From Vicinamibacteria bacterium (GTDB taxonomy: Bacteria > Acidobacteriota > Vicinamibacteria > Vicinamibacterales > JAMQPK01): 64,000 bases of DNA. Position 1 is the stretch's first letter. Each line of letters opens with the position of its first letter. Below the pieces are notes generated by a model. It was not told the DNA's origin, made no database searches, and saw only the letters and a list, made by a program, of their open reading frames with translations. This document shows positions 9,405-18,431 of the stretch, in pieces. The stretch lies in contig JANMJM010000127.1 of assembly GCA_031371345.1 (NCBI GenBank), positions 133-64,132 on the forward strand, read 5' to 3'. Position numbers and translations under genes: made by a program.

Positions 9405-10161
9405 GTAACTGCTCCAGCGTAATCGGCTGCAGGCCCGTCGGGATTTTGATCGCGACGAGCTCGTCGCGCGGCAGATCGCCGTTCACTTCGAGCTGACTCA
9501 AGCCGACGGTCAAGTTCGCGTTCGCTGCAAGAATGATGATCTGCGACGGCTGCTCGCCGGCAAACCGCGGGTACTCGATCTCGAGCCCCCCGTATCGCCC
9601 GGCAACAAACCGCCAGCGGCCCGCCTGACGCTGAAGATACAGCGTACCGCTCGACTCGAGATCCACGCTCAGCCAGTCGGAACCGTACTCGCGCCCGCTC
9701 GTCGGCCGAGCATTGGCTTTCACGCATCCGCTCAGCACCGCGCGCAGGTCATCTGGACCGAGCCTGACGCCGATGAGCGCGTTCAGAATGTCTTCCGGCG
9801 CCGTATTCTGCAGAATGCGGCGATCGCGCGGCAGCAGCAGCGTGCCACGCGACCCGTCCGCCGTAAGAATGAACGCGGGACTTCCGAACGGCGCCACCGC
9901 CTCGAGCCGCATGCCTCCGGGTGCGAAGCCCGCGAGCACGCGGCCGCGTAGTTTCTGCGGCCCCGCATTGCCCGATAACGCGAGCTCAACCTGCAGTGAG
10001 CGCACGTCGCGGCAACCCGTCTGTGCGCTGTCGAAGGCCGCCACGTAGTCGGTCGAGGTGGTACCGGTGCCGGTCGGCAGTACAATCCGGCGCGCACCTG
10101 CGGGCGCACACGCAATACCCGCGATGGTCGCCAGCGCGATGAGCAGCAGCCGGTGATTTAT
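9373..10161 (-). CDS. Putative outer-membrane lipoprotein in the lolB slot (start uncertain; ORF-track start is GTG 10044)
   Basis: The frame stays open upstream of GTG 10044 and reads (I)NHRLLLIALATIAGIAC-APAG, i.e. a signal peptide plus a lipobox-like IAGIAC. It occupies the position between a TPR gene and ispE, which is the lolB position in gammaproteobacteria. No canonical start precedes the signal peptide. Confidence 0.5.
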   Translation of the reverse strand: MNHRLLLIALATIAGIACAPAGARRIVLPTGTGTTSTDYVAAFDSAQTGCRDVRSLQVELALSGNAGPQKLRGRVLAGFAPGGMRLEAVAPFGSPAFILTADGSRGTLLLPRDRRILQNTAPEDILNALIGVRLGPDDLRAVLSGCVKANARPTSGREYGSDWLSVDLESSGTLYLQRQAGRWRFVAGRYGGLEIEYPRFAGEQPSQIIILAANANLTVGLSQLEVNGDLPRDELVAIKIPTGLQPITLEQLREAGPLGSEK

Positions 10162-11909
10162 TTTTTCTTTCCGCTTTTCTGGCGGGCCGATTTGATCTTG
10201 TCGTCGAGCTCGGCGCGCGATACCGAGTCGCCATCGCCGTCAATCGCGCGCTGCCACGCGTCGATCGCGTCCTGATACAGACCGCGCTTCAGCAGGACGT
10301 CGCCCAGGTGGCTCTGAATGACAGACACAGACGGCAGTTTCGCGGCCGCCTCTTTGAGCGGCGCTTCGGCGAGATCGAACTTGTTCTGCTTGTAGTAGGC
10401 CCAACCGAGGCTGTCGAGATAGGCGGGGTTGCCGGGCTCGAGCTTCAGGGCACGCTCGACCAGCGAGACCGATTCGTCGAGCTTCTGCCCTCGCTCGGCC
10501 AGCATGTAGCCGAACGAGTTCAGCGCATTCGCGTCGGCCGGAGCGCCCGCGATTATCGTTCTGAACAGCGCCTCGGCCTCGGCGTACTTTTTCTGCCGCT
10601 CGAGCGTCGATGCCAGCTCCAGCTTCAACGTCGGCTCGTCGGAAAACTTGGCGACAGCGCCCTCGAGCGTCGACACGGCATTGTCCGCCTTGCCGCCGTT
10701 CATTTGCGTCCGCGCCAGTCGCACGGCGATCGAAGGGTCGGAGGGGGAAAGCATGCGTGCCTGCGTCATCACGCCGATTGCCTTGTCGTACTGCTTCAGA
10801 TCTTCATACGTCGAGGCCAGATCGAAATACAGGCTGCGGAATGTCTCGTCGCCGACCTCCGCGGCGTCGGCCGTCCGGAAACGCGTGGTGACGATCGGCT
10901 CGAGCAGCGCAATGATTTTTTGAAATTCCTTTTGATCGCGGAACACCAGCGCGAGCGCGCGCGGCCCGGTCAATCCTTTCGGATCGAGCGTGACAACGCG
11001 CCGCGCCGTAATCTCGGCCGATACAAAGTCCTTCGTGCGGCGCTGGGCCTCAGCCAGAAGAAAGAGCCCGCGAGTATTACGGCTGGAACCAACCGATCCT
11101 TCTTCGAGCACTTCGCGCGCACGCTGCGGATTACCGGAGTTCAGCAGCGCAGTGGCCCACTGCAATCGCAGAGACACGTTGGTCGGACGCTCTTCGACGG
11201 CACCTTCGTACGCCTTCGCAGCATCGCTCCATCGACCGGAGCTCTCGTACACCTGCGCGAGTGTGGCGTAGAGTTCCGGCGATTCCTGCACCGAACGCTC
11301 GAGGAGCGCCACCGCGTCGGCGTCGCGATCGGTGGCCTGATACGCATCGGCAAGAAGCGCGACCGCCTCGACGTTGTCGGGCTGGTCGACGACGAACGGC
11401 GCAAGCCGCGAGATCGCTTTGGAGAATTGACGCGTGGCGAGATACATGCGCCCGAGCATCAGCGGTACGCTGGGATGTGCGTTGGCATCAGCCTGGGCGA
11501 GATTCGCGGCCGCGCGCTCCGTATACATCTGCCGATCGGCATCGCGCGTCGTTGGCAGCTCGATCATGCGCGCGTACAAGCTACCGAGAACCCAGTTCGC
11601 TTCGGAATTGGCGGGGTTGGCCTTCAGCGCGCGTTCGCCGGCCGCAATCGCGTCGGTCGGACGATTCAAGCGCGCGTAGAGCTCGGCGAGCGCCGCCGGA
11701 ATTTCTGCCGACTTCGGGTCGAGCGTCTCGGCGCGTTGGTATGCGGCGGTGGCGCCCGCCGCGTCGCCCATGCTTTCGAGATGCAGGCCGAGCACGAACT
11801 CGAAATACGCGCCGCCAGCTTCTTCAGACGGCGTCAGTTTCGACTGCGCCGACCACGACGAGCTCGCCCCGACCACAAGCGCCAAGGTCACGAGAAGCGT
11901 TTTTTGCAT
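10158..11909 (-). CDS. Secreted tetratricopeptide-repeat protein
   Basis: The ORF runs 10158..12098. A signal peptide MQKTLLVTLALVVGASSSWSAQS starts at ATG 11909. Many TPR-like units are present (AYQRAETLDPKSAEIPAALAELYARL..., AIDAWQRAIDGDGDS). Confidence 0.8.
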   Translation of the reverse strand: MQKTLLVTLALVVGASSSWSAQSKLTPSEEAGGAYFEFVLGLHLESMGDAAGATAAYQRAETLDPKSAEIPAALAELYARLNRPTDAIAAGERALKANPANSEANWVLGSLYARMIELPTTRDADRQMYTERAAANLAQADANAHPSVPLMLGRMYLATRQFSKAISRLAPFVVDQPDNVEAVALLADAYQATDRDADAVALLERSVQESPELYATLAQVYESSGRWSDAAKAYEGAVEERPTNVSLRLQWATALLNSGNPQRAREVLEEGSVGSSRNTRGLFLLAEAQRRTKDFVSAEITARRVVTLDPKGLTGPRALALVFRDQKEFQKIIALLEPIVTTRFRTADAAEVGDETFRSLYFDLASTYEDLKQYDKAIGVMTQARMLSPSDPSIAVRLARTQMNGGKADNAVSTLEGAVAKFSDEPTLKLELASTLERQKKYAEAEALFRTIIAGAPADANALNSFGYMLAERGQKLDESVSLVERALKLEPGNPAYLDSLGWAYYKQNKFDLAEAPLKEAAAKLPSVSVIQSHLGDVLLKRGLYQDAIDAWQRAIDGDGDSVSRAELDDKIKSARQKSGKKK

Positions 11910-11993
11910 CTTCGCTTCGATTGTTCCACAAAAGACCCTACGTGTCACGGTTCGACAGCATGTCGGCGGGGCCGGTTCTGCTATAGTTTCGGC

Positions 11994-12164
11994 ATGCCGA
12001 TCGACGCTGAACTCCTTGAAATTCTGGCATGCCCGCACTGCAAAACTCCCGTCGTGCTCGTGCACAACGGCACCGGTTTGAAGTGCAGTACCTGCCACCG
12101 CGTCTATCCGATCAAGGACGACATCCCGGTGATGCTGATCGACGAGGCAACTATTGAAACGTAA
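11994..12164 (+). CDS. Trm112/YcaR-family small zinc-ribbon protein (UPF0434)
   Basis: 56 aa: MPIDAELLEILACPHCKTPVVLVHNGTGLKCSTCHRVYPIKDDIPVMLIDEATIE. It forms the tail of the otherwise antisense ORF 10308..12164. Confidence 0.85.
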   Translation: MPIDAELLEILACPHCKTPVVLVHNGTGLKCSTCHRVYPIKDDIPVMLIDEATIET

Positions 12165-12181
12165 GACGTAATAAGTTTGAC

Positions 12182-13249
12182 GTGAAGATCCTTCTGGTTC
12201 GCCTGCGCCTAATCGGCGACGTTGTCTTCACGACGCCGGCGATTCGTGCGCTGCGCCGACACTACCCGGACGCCCGCCTGGCCTACGTCGTCGAGGAAGA
12301 AGCCGAACCTGTCGTGCGCCACAATCCACATCTTGACGACGTGATTGTGGCGAAAAGCCCGCGCGCACCCGGTCGGCTGCGTGCCGATGTCGCCTTAATC
12401 CGCCGCCTGCGTCGCGAGCGCTACGATCTCGCCATCGACTTTCACGGAGGGCCGCGCAGCTCGCTCATCACGTGGGCCAGCGGCGCGCCCGCGCGCATCG
12501 GTTATCAGGTGGCTGGACGAAGTTGGATGTACACAACCGCTGTTCCGCGTCCTCGCGGGCTTCGGCCCCGCCACTCTGTCGAGAGTCAGTGGGACGTGCT
12601 GCTGCCGCTCGGCATCAGCCCGCCGAACCAGGAGATCGATCCGACGGAAATGGTGAACGATCCGGACGCCTCTGCGGACGTGGCCCGCCGCCTCGCCGAA
12701 GCGGGCGTGGGCGCCGACGATCCACTCGTCGTTATTCATGTAAGCGCCGGCAATCCGTTCCGTCGATGGCCGGCTGCCTCGTTCGTGGATTTGATCGGCC
12801 GTCTCGTGGCAACCAACCCATTGCGGCGCATCATTGTGACCTCGGGCCCGTCCGACGCTGGAGCCGCGGCGACCATCGCCGATGACGCGCGCGCGCAGTT
12901 GAGCCCGCCGATGCGCGAAGCGATTGTGGATTGTGGCGAATTCAACCTGGCCGAGCTGCGCGCCTTACTCGGACGGTCTTCGCTGTACATCGGCGGCGAT
13001 AGTGGGCCTCTTCACATCGCTGGGACGACGAGTGTGCCGGTGGTCGGACTCTACGGGCCAACGCTGCCTGTACGGTCGCAGCCCTACCGCAGCGCATCAT
13101 TTATTAGTATGGCCGCCGAGGCCGGTGCGCTCCCGTGCCGGCCGTGCGATCAGCGCGCGTGCGAACCCGGCGACTTCCGGTGCCTTACCGGCATCTCGGC
13201 CGAAGCTGTGGCAGCGGCCGCCGAGCGCGCCGTCATCAGGAGAAGCTGA
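12182..13249 (+). CDS. Glycosyltransferase family 9 (LPS heptosyltransferase-like)
   Basis: 355 aa. MKILLVRLRLIGDVVFTTPAIRALRRHYPDARLAYVV is the typical GT9 N-terminus. The C-terminal region has LYIGGDSGPLHIAG. Confidence 0.85.
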   Translation: MKILLVRLRLIGDVVFTTPAIRALRRHYPDARLAYVVEEEAEPVVRHNPHLDDVIVAKSPRAPGRLRADVALIRRLRRERYDLAIDFHGGPRSSLITWASGAPARIGYQVAGRSWMYTTAVPRPRGLRPRHSVESQWDVLLPLGISPPNQEIDPTEMVNDPDASADVARRLAEAGVGADDPLVVIHVSAGNPFRRWPAASFVDLIGRLVATNPLRRIIVTSGPSDAGAAATIADDARAQLSPPMREAIVDCGEFNLAELRALLGRSSLYIGGDSGPLHIAGTTSVPVVGLYGPTLPVRSQPYRSASFISMAAEAGALPCRPCDQRACEPGDFRCLTGISAEAVAAAAERAVIRRS

Positions 13250-14416
13250 GTGAAAAATCGCGACTGGTTCGAACGCATCGGGTTTCTGGCGCTGCTGGGC
13301 TTCGTCTCGGCCCTGCAGTTTTCCATCGCCGTCGCCAATATCTGTCTCTCGATCGCGCTGCTCATGTGGCTGCTGCACATCGCCAACCGGCGCGCGATAG
13401 AAGTTCCGTCGTTTTGGGTTCCGCTTGCCGCGTACGGCGCCATTACGCTCGTCTCGGCCGCGTTTTCCAGCGATCCGCGTGCGAGCTTCGTCGATTCGAA
13501 GCAGCTCGTGCTCTTTCTCATTGTCCCGATGGTGTATGAGTTCGCGCGCGCTTCGAAGGCGCCGATGGTTGTGCAGGTGATCATCAGCGTCGGCGCGATC
13601 AGCGCGGCGCTGGGCATCATCCAGTACGGCGTGCTGCAATTCGATAACCTCGGACGCCGGCCGCAAGGATTGCTCGGCCACTACATGACGTATTCAGGTC
13701 TCGTCATGCTGGTCACCTGCGCGGCCGCGGCGCGGATCCTGTTTTCCCAACAGCGCCTCTGGCCGCTGTTGATGATGCCGGCGCTGCTCGTCGCGCTGGC
13801 GCTCACGTTCACACGCAGCGCATGGATTGGCACGTGCGCCGGCATCGCGTTCCTCTTCATGCTGAAGGGAGATCTGCGGCTTATCGCGGTGCTGCCGATG
13901 CTGGCAGCGCTGTTCCTCGTCATCGCGCCGCCGCAGATCACGAACCGGTTTTATTCGATGTTCGACGCGAAGGATCCGACGAGCGTCGATCGCGTGACGA
14001 TGCTTCGAGTGGGAGCGCGGATGATTCAGGCGCATCCGCTGACCGGCGTAGGACCCACGCTGGTCGAAGACCGCTACCGGGAGTACTTGTCGTCGAACGA
14101 GCCCCAACATGTGAACCCGCATCTCCATAACGTGCCGATGCAGATCGCCGCCGAACGCGGGCTGCCGGCGATCGCGATCTGGCTCTGGCTCATCGTGACG
14201 CTGGTCATCGGATTGTTCAAGCGGCTACACATTCCCGAGGCGCGCTTTCTGGCGGCCGCGGCGCTGGCGTGCGTCGCCGCGATGATGACGGCCGGCCAGT
14301 TCGAATACAATTTCGGCGACTCTGAATTTCTGATGTTGTTTCTCGTCTTGATGACGCTTCCCTATGCCGCCAGCGCCGGCGCTCGTCCCATGTCCAGCCC
14401 TCATGCCGGCGCCTGA
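13250..14416 (+). CDS. O-antigen ligase (Wzy_C/WaaL-like) family membrane protein
   Basis: 388-aa polytopic membrane protein with the family-typical loop PHLHNVPMQIAAERGLPAIAIWL. A GTG start abuts the GT9 stop. Confidence 0.75.
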   Translation: MKNRDWFERIGFLALLGFVSALQFSIAVANICLSIALLMWLLHIANRRAIEVPSFWVPLAAYGAITLVSAAFSSDPRASFVDSKQLVLFLIVPMVYEFARASKAPMVVQVIISVGAISAALGIIQYGVLQFDNLGRRPQGLLGHYMTYSGLVMLVTCAAAARILFSQQRLWPLLMMPALLVALALTFTRSAWIGTCAGIAFLFMLKGDLRLIAVLPMLAALFLVIAPPQITNRFYSMFDAKDPTSVDRVTMLRVGARMIQAHPLTGVGPTLVEDRYREYLSSNEPQHVNPHLHNVPMQIAAERGLPAIAIWLWLIVTLVIGLFKRLHIPEARFLAAAALACVAAMMTAGQFEYNFGDSEFLMLFLVLMTLPYAASAGARPMSSPHAGA

Positions 14417-15407
14417 CATCGCGCTGCGCCCGGTCGATCGCGAGCGTGCGCTAGACGTGATCCGGCGATTTTCCGGCGTGCCGGTGCTTATCGTCGGCGA
14501 CCTCATGCTCGATCACTTCGTGTTCGGACGAGTGGATCGAATTTCTCCCGAGGCGCCCGTGCCGGTCGTGGAATTCGATCATGAAGATTTCCGCATCGGA
14601 GGGGCGGGCAATGTCGCGCACAACGTGCGCGGACTTGGCGGCGCTGTCGAGATGGTGGCCGTCATCGGCCGCGACGATCACGGAGCACGCCTCAAGGAAG
14701 CGCTGCGAGCCGACGGCATCGGCGTTTGCGGTGTGGTGACCGAGGATGGCCGGCCGACGACGAGAAAGATGCGCCTGGTGACCAGCCGCAACCAGCAGGT
14801 CGCGCGGGTCGATTATGAAACGGATCGCGAGGTGAAAGGCGACATCGAGGCGGCGCTCGTCGCCGCGCTGGAGGCGGTGTCGGGCTCGGTCCGGGCGATT
14901 GTCATTTCCGACTATCTCAAGGGCTCGGTCACGCGAGCGATCGTGGCGCGTGCGAGCGGCATCGCACGCGATTTGCGCGTGCCGCTGCTGGTCGATCCCA
15001 AGATTCCACACCTCGACTACTACGCCGGCGCGACGCTGCTCACGCCGAACAACGCCGAAGCTGAAGCTGCCTCGCATACGCGCATTCGAACCAATGCCGA
15101 AGCACATGCGGCTGCTCGAGCGATACGCGATCGCCTAGGCTGCAAGGGTGTGCTCATCACCCGCGGCGAATCGGGCATGTGGCTGCTCGACGAGAGCGGC
15201 GAAGGACATCTTCCGGCGGCGACACGGGAGGTCGCCGACGTGACAGGGGCGGGCGACACGGTGATAGCCACGCTCGCACTGGCCATGGCCGCCGGCGCCG
15301 ACGTCGTTGAAGCCGCGACGCTGGCGAATGCCGCGGCCGGCATCAGCGTCGGTAAATTCGGACCTGCGGGGGTAACTCCTGACGAACTCCGAACCTCACT
15401 TCGCTGA
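14403..15407 (+). CDS. hldA: D-glycero-beta-D-manno-heptose-7-phosphate kinase (RfaE domain I type, PfkB family)
   Basis: VLIVGDLMLDHFVFGRVDRISPEAPVPVV is followed by the C-terminal PfkB motif DVTGAGDTVIATLALA. Only the kinase domain is present. The ORF-track start is 14364, and ATG 14403 is the more likely start. Confidence 0.85.
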   Translation: MPAPDIALRPVDRERALDVIRRFSGVPVLIVGDLMLDHFVFGRVDRISPEAPVPVVEFDHEDFRIGGAGNVAHNVRGLGGAVEMVAVIGRDDHGARLKEALRADGIGVCGVVTEDGRPTTRKMRLVTSRNQQVARVDYETDREVKGDIEAALVAALEAVSGSVRAIVISDYLKGSVTRAIVARASGIARDLRVPLLVDPKIPHLDYYAGATLLTPNNAEAEAASHTRIRTNAEAHAAARAIRDRLGCKGVLITRGESGMWLLDESGEGHLPAATREVADVTGAGDTVIATLALAMAAGADVVEAATLANAAAGISVGKFGPAGVTPDELRTSLR

Positions 15408-15436
15408 TAGGGGCGAAGGGAAAGGGGCAAAGGGCA

Positions 15437-17070
15437 ATGACCCCTCACCCCTCACCACTTACCCCTTTTTATTTGCACTCCTGACCATCGCCGCGCGCCT
15501 GCCGTTTCTCGTCTCCGGAAAAATTGCGTTTGATTCCGACGAAGCAATCGAAGGGTTGATGGCGCGTCACGTGCTGCACGGCGAGCTGCCTGCGTTTTTC
15601 TGGGGGCAGGCGTTCAAGGGCGTGCCGGAAGTGTATGCGGCGGCTGGGGCGTTTGCGCTGTTCGGTTCCAGCGTCACCGTGCTGAAAAGCGTGACGCTCG
15701 CGTTCTTCGCGGCGTTCGTAGCGCTGAACTTCGTGCTCCTCGACAAACTGGCGGGCCGCTGGATGGCGGTGTCCACATCGCTCCTTCTTATTGGCGGGCC
15801 GCCGGCACTGGTGTTCTGGAGCCTCGACGCGAGCGCGGAGTATGTGCTCATCATGCTTGTCGGGACGGGGTTTCTTCTTCTGTGCCTGCGCCTGGAAGAA
15901 GCACGTAGGGAAGAGGGAAGAGCGGAAAGGGAAGAAAGACTGCTCGTCGCGATTGGCGTCGTGGTGGGACTGGGATTCTGGGTGCACCAGATTTTCGCGT
16001 TCTATCTGCTGCCGGCCATCGTGATCTTCACGTTTCAGAGCGAATGGTGGAAACGGCGGGCGTTCGGGACTGTCCGCTTTCCTGCCATCGCACTTGGAAC
16101 GGTCGCGACCATCTATCTGACGCTCGCGGTCTTCGCGTTCTTCACCGGCGGTTTTTCCGTTCAGCTTGGATCGATGACTGTTGGCGCACGAGCGCCACAG
16201 AAGCTTCTTCGCATCGCGGTGGCGATCGCGGCGCTCGCGCTGTTCTTTCATCTGATCGCCAATGTGTCGCGCGACGTCTTCACGGAACGCGCGCGGCGCT
16301 ACCGTGGGCTTGCGGCGGGCTTCTTCGCCGGCTATCTGCCCGTGATTCTCTACTCGATGCTCGTCGAGCCCGCGCGAACGCCGTCGCGCGTCGGCGATAT
16401 CAGGCATCTCATGAAGGCCGCTCCGGATATCTACGGCAACGTCATTCCGATTCTCTCCGGCTTCAAACTCGCCACGACGGAGCCGCTCGACATTCCGCTC
16501 GCGGCCGCCGCCATCATCGTCGCCGCGCTGATCACGTATGTGGAAACCATTCGTCATCGCCTCGCCGGTTTCCTCCGGCTGCGGCCGATGCCCCCCACGC
16601 TTGCCGAGGATTTCTTTCCGTTATTCCTGATTGTCGTACCCTCGTTGTTCATCGTGAGTGGCGCGTATATCGACACCCAGTCGTACCGGTATCTCGTCCC
16701 GTATTACACGGGGCTTGCCGTCGCGCTGGCCGCCGGAAGCGTCGCATTGGCGAAAGGCGACCGCAACATCGCGGCGATCTTCGTCGGCATGCTCTTAATC
16801 GTCTTCGGACTGCAGCAATTTGTCTGGTATCAGAAGTTGACCCCTGACGCCGAGTCGAGCCGAATGCTCGATTGTCTGGCCCGCGACGGCATCCGGGGAG
16901 GCTATGCGGACTACTGGACGAGCTACAAGTTGACGTTCCTGTCGAAGGAAGCGATCATCCTCGCTCCATCCAATGGCGTCGATCGGTACCCCTCGTACAC
17001 AGAGTTCGTCCGGGCACTCCCCGAAGATCAGCGCGTCACGACATTACCGGACTGCGTCGTATCACCATAA
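15437..17070 (+). CDS. GT-C fold (ArnT/PMT_2-like) membrane glycosyltransferase; the N-terminus needs a frame change at 15463..15469
   Basis: Polytopic 504-aa ORF from TTG 15556. The same frame is open from 15376 and encodes ..PFLFALLTIAARLPFLVSGKIAFDSDEAIEG. ATG 15437 is in the neighbouring frame, and the two frames join at C CCT TTT. Confidence 0.65.
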
Positions 17071-17082
17071 AGAGGAGAGCAA

Positions 17083-18339
17083 ATGCGAAACACAGTGCTG
17101 ACATTCGCGGCGGTGGCTTGTCTCTGCTCCATCGCGATCGCCGGACAGGATGCGCCCGCGCCCGCCGGCCGGGGAGGGCGCGGCGGCGCGACGGTCACGC
17201 TGCCAGAAGGCAGCGGCCGTGAGCTGGTGCAGACGACGTGCACCAAATGCCATGGCCTGAATTTGATTACCGGCTCCTGGGGCTATACGCACCAAGGCTG
17301 GGAAGCGGTGTTCACCTCGATGGTCGCCGTCCCCGCCGACCAGCGCGCGGTCCTGGCGGACTACCTCGCGAAAAACTTTCCGGAGAAACCGCGGCCGACC
17401 GCCGTCGTCATTCCGGGAACGACCACAGTCCGAATCCAAGAATGGGCGGTGCCTTCACTCGGCTCGAGACCGCACGATCCGCTCGCCATGCCCGACGGAA
17501 CGCTGTGGTGGACGGGACAATGGGCCAATGTGATCGGGCGACTCGATCCAAAGACCGGGGCGATGAAGGAGTTTCCGTTGAAAACGCCCGGGTCCCTGCC
17601 TCACGGCCTGACAGCCGACCGCGCCGGGAATATCTGGTACACCGGCAATGGCAACGGGCACGTCGGCAAGCTGGATCCGAAGACCGGCGAAGTGACTGAA
17701 TACAAGATGCCCGATCCGGCAGCGCGCGATCCTCATACGCCGATCTTCGATCAGAAAGGGACGCTGTGGTTCACGCTGCAGCAATCCAACATGGTCGGGC
17801 GGCTGAATCCGCAGACAGGCGACATCAAACTCGTCACCATGCCGACCGCCCGCTCGCTGCCGTACGGCATGGTCGTGAACTCGAAAGGCGTGCCGTTCAT
17901 CGTCCTCTTCGGCACAAATAAAGTGGCGAGCGTCGATCCGGACACGATGGCGGTTCACGAGTACGTCCTGCCGAACGCCGCCTCACGCCCGCGACGCATT
18001 GCGATTACGCCCGACGACATCATCTGGTATGCCGACTACTCGCGCGGCTACCTGGGACGTCTCGATCCGGCGACCGGCGCGGTGAAGGAATGGGCGTCGC
18101 CGAGCGGTCCGCAGTCGCAGCCGTACGGCATCACGACGGTGAAGGACATCATCTGGTACAGCGAGTCGGCGGTGAGCCCGAATACCCTTGTGCGGTTCGA
18201 TCCGAAAACGGAGAAATTCCAAACGTGGACGATTCCCTCCGGAGGCGGCGTCGTGCGAAACATGATGGCGACCAGGACCGGCAACCTGGTGCTCGCCTGC
18301 AGCGGCATGAATAAGGTTGCGCTCGTCACGGTCGACTAG
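17083..18339 (+). CDS. Secreted c-type heme domain fused to a Vgb (streptogramin-lyase)-like beta-propeller
   Basis: Signal peptide and CTKCH heme motif. These are followed by repeated blades: PHDPLAMPDGTLWWTGQWANVIGRLDPKTGAMKEF, PHGLTADRAGNIWYTGNGNGHVGKLDPKTGEVTEY, PHTPIFDQKGTLWFTLQQSNMVGRLNPQTGDIK. Confidence 0.75.
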   Translation: MRNTVLTFAAVACLCSIAIAGQDAPAPAGRGGRGGATVTLPEGSGRELVQTTCTKCHGLNLITGSWGYTHQGWEAVFTSMVAVPADQRAVLADYLAKNFPEKPRPTAVVIPGTTTVRIQEWAVPSLGSRPHDPLAMPDGTLWWTGQWANVIGRLDPKTGAMKEFPLKTPGSLPHGLTADRAGNIWYTGNGNGHVGKLDPKTGEVTEYKMPDPAARDPHTPIFDQKGTLWFTLQQSNMVGRLNPQTGDIKLVTMPTARSLPYGMVVNSKGVPFIVLFGTNKVASVDPDTMAVHEYVLPNAASRPRRIAITPDDIIWYADYSRGYLGRLDPATGAVKEWASPSGPQSQPYGITTVKDIIWYSESAVSPNTLVRFDPKTEKFQTWTIPSGGGVVRNMMATRTGNLVLACSGMNKVALVTVD

Positions 18340-18342
18340 GTT

Positions 18343-18425
18343 CAACTGGTGAACTCTTGAACTCGTGAACTGGTGAACTGAATTTTTCAGTTCACCAGCT
18401 CACCAGTTCACCAGTTCACCAGTTG
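18343..18425. repeat. Long hairpin of tandem GGTGAACT words between convergent genes (probable bidirectional terminator)
   Basis: caactggtgaactcttgaactcgtgaactggtgaactg aattttt cagttcaccagctcaccagttcaccagttcaccagttg. The arms are about 38 nt with 4 mismatches. The same 8-mer word occurs at 30887..30975. Confidence 0.8.
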
Positions 18426-18431
18426 CCGGCG

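Noticed and set aside
10308-11993. Upstream 560 codons of the 618-aa plus-strand ORF 10308..12164
   Set aside because: This part is antisense to the TPR gene and has nonsense composition. Only the last 56 codons (11994..12164, Trm112-like) look real.
15411-15470. G-run/C-run region (GGGGCGAAGGGAAAGGGGCAAAGGG...CCCCTCACCCCTCACC) as an hldA terminator
   Set aside because: The pairing is poor outside the G4/C4 blocks. The segment more plausibly holds the SD, the ATG and the first codons of the frameshifted GT-C gene.
15469-16557. 362-aa minus-strand ORF
   Set aside because: It lies entirely antisense to a well-supported polytopic GT-C membrane protein. Its product is an Arg/Glu/Asp/His-rich low-complexity sequence typical of shadow ORFs in GC-rich DNA.
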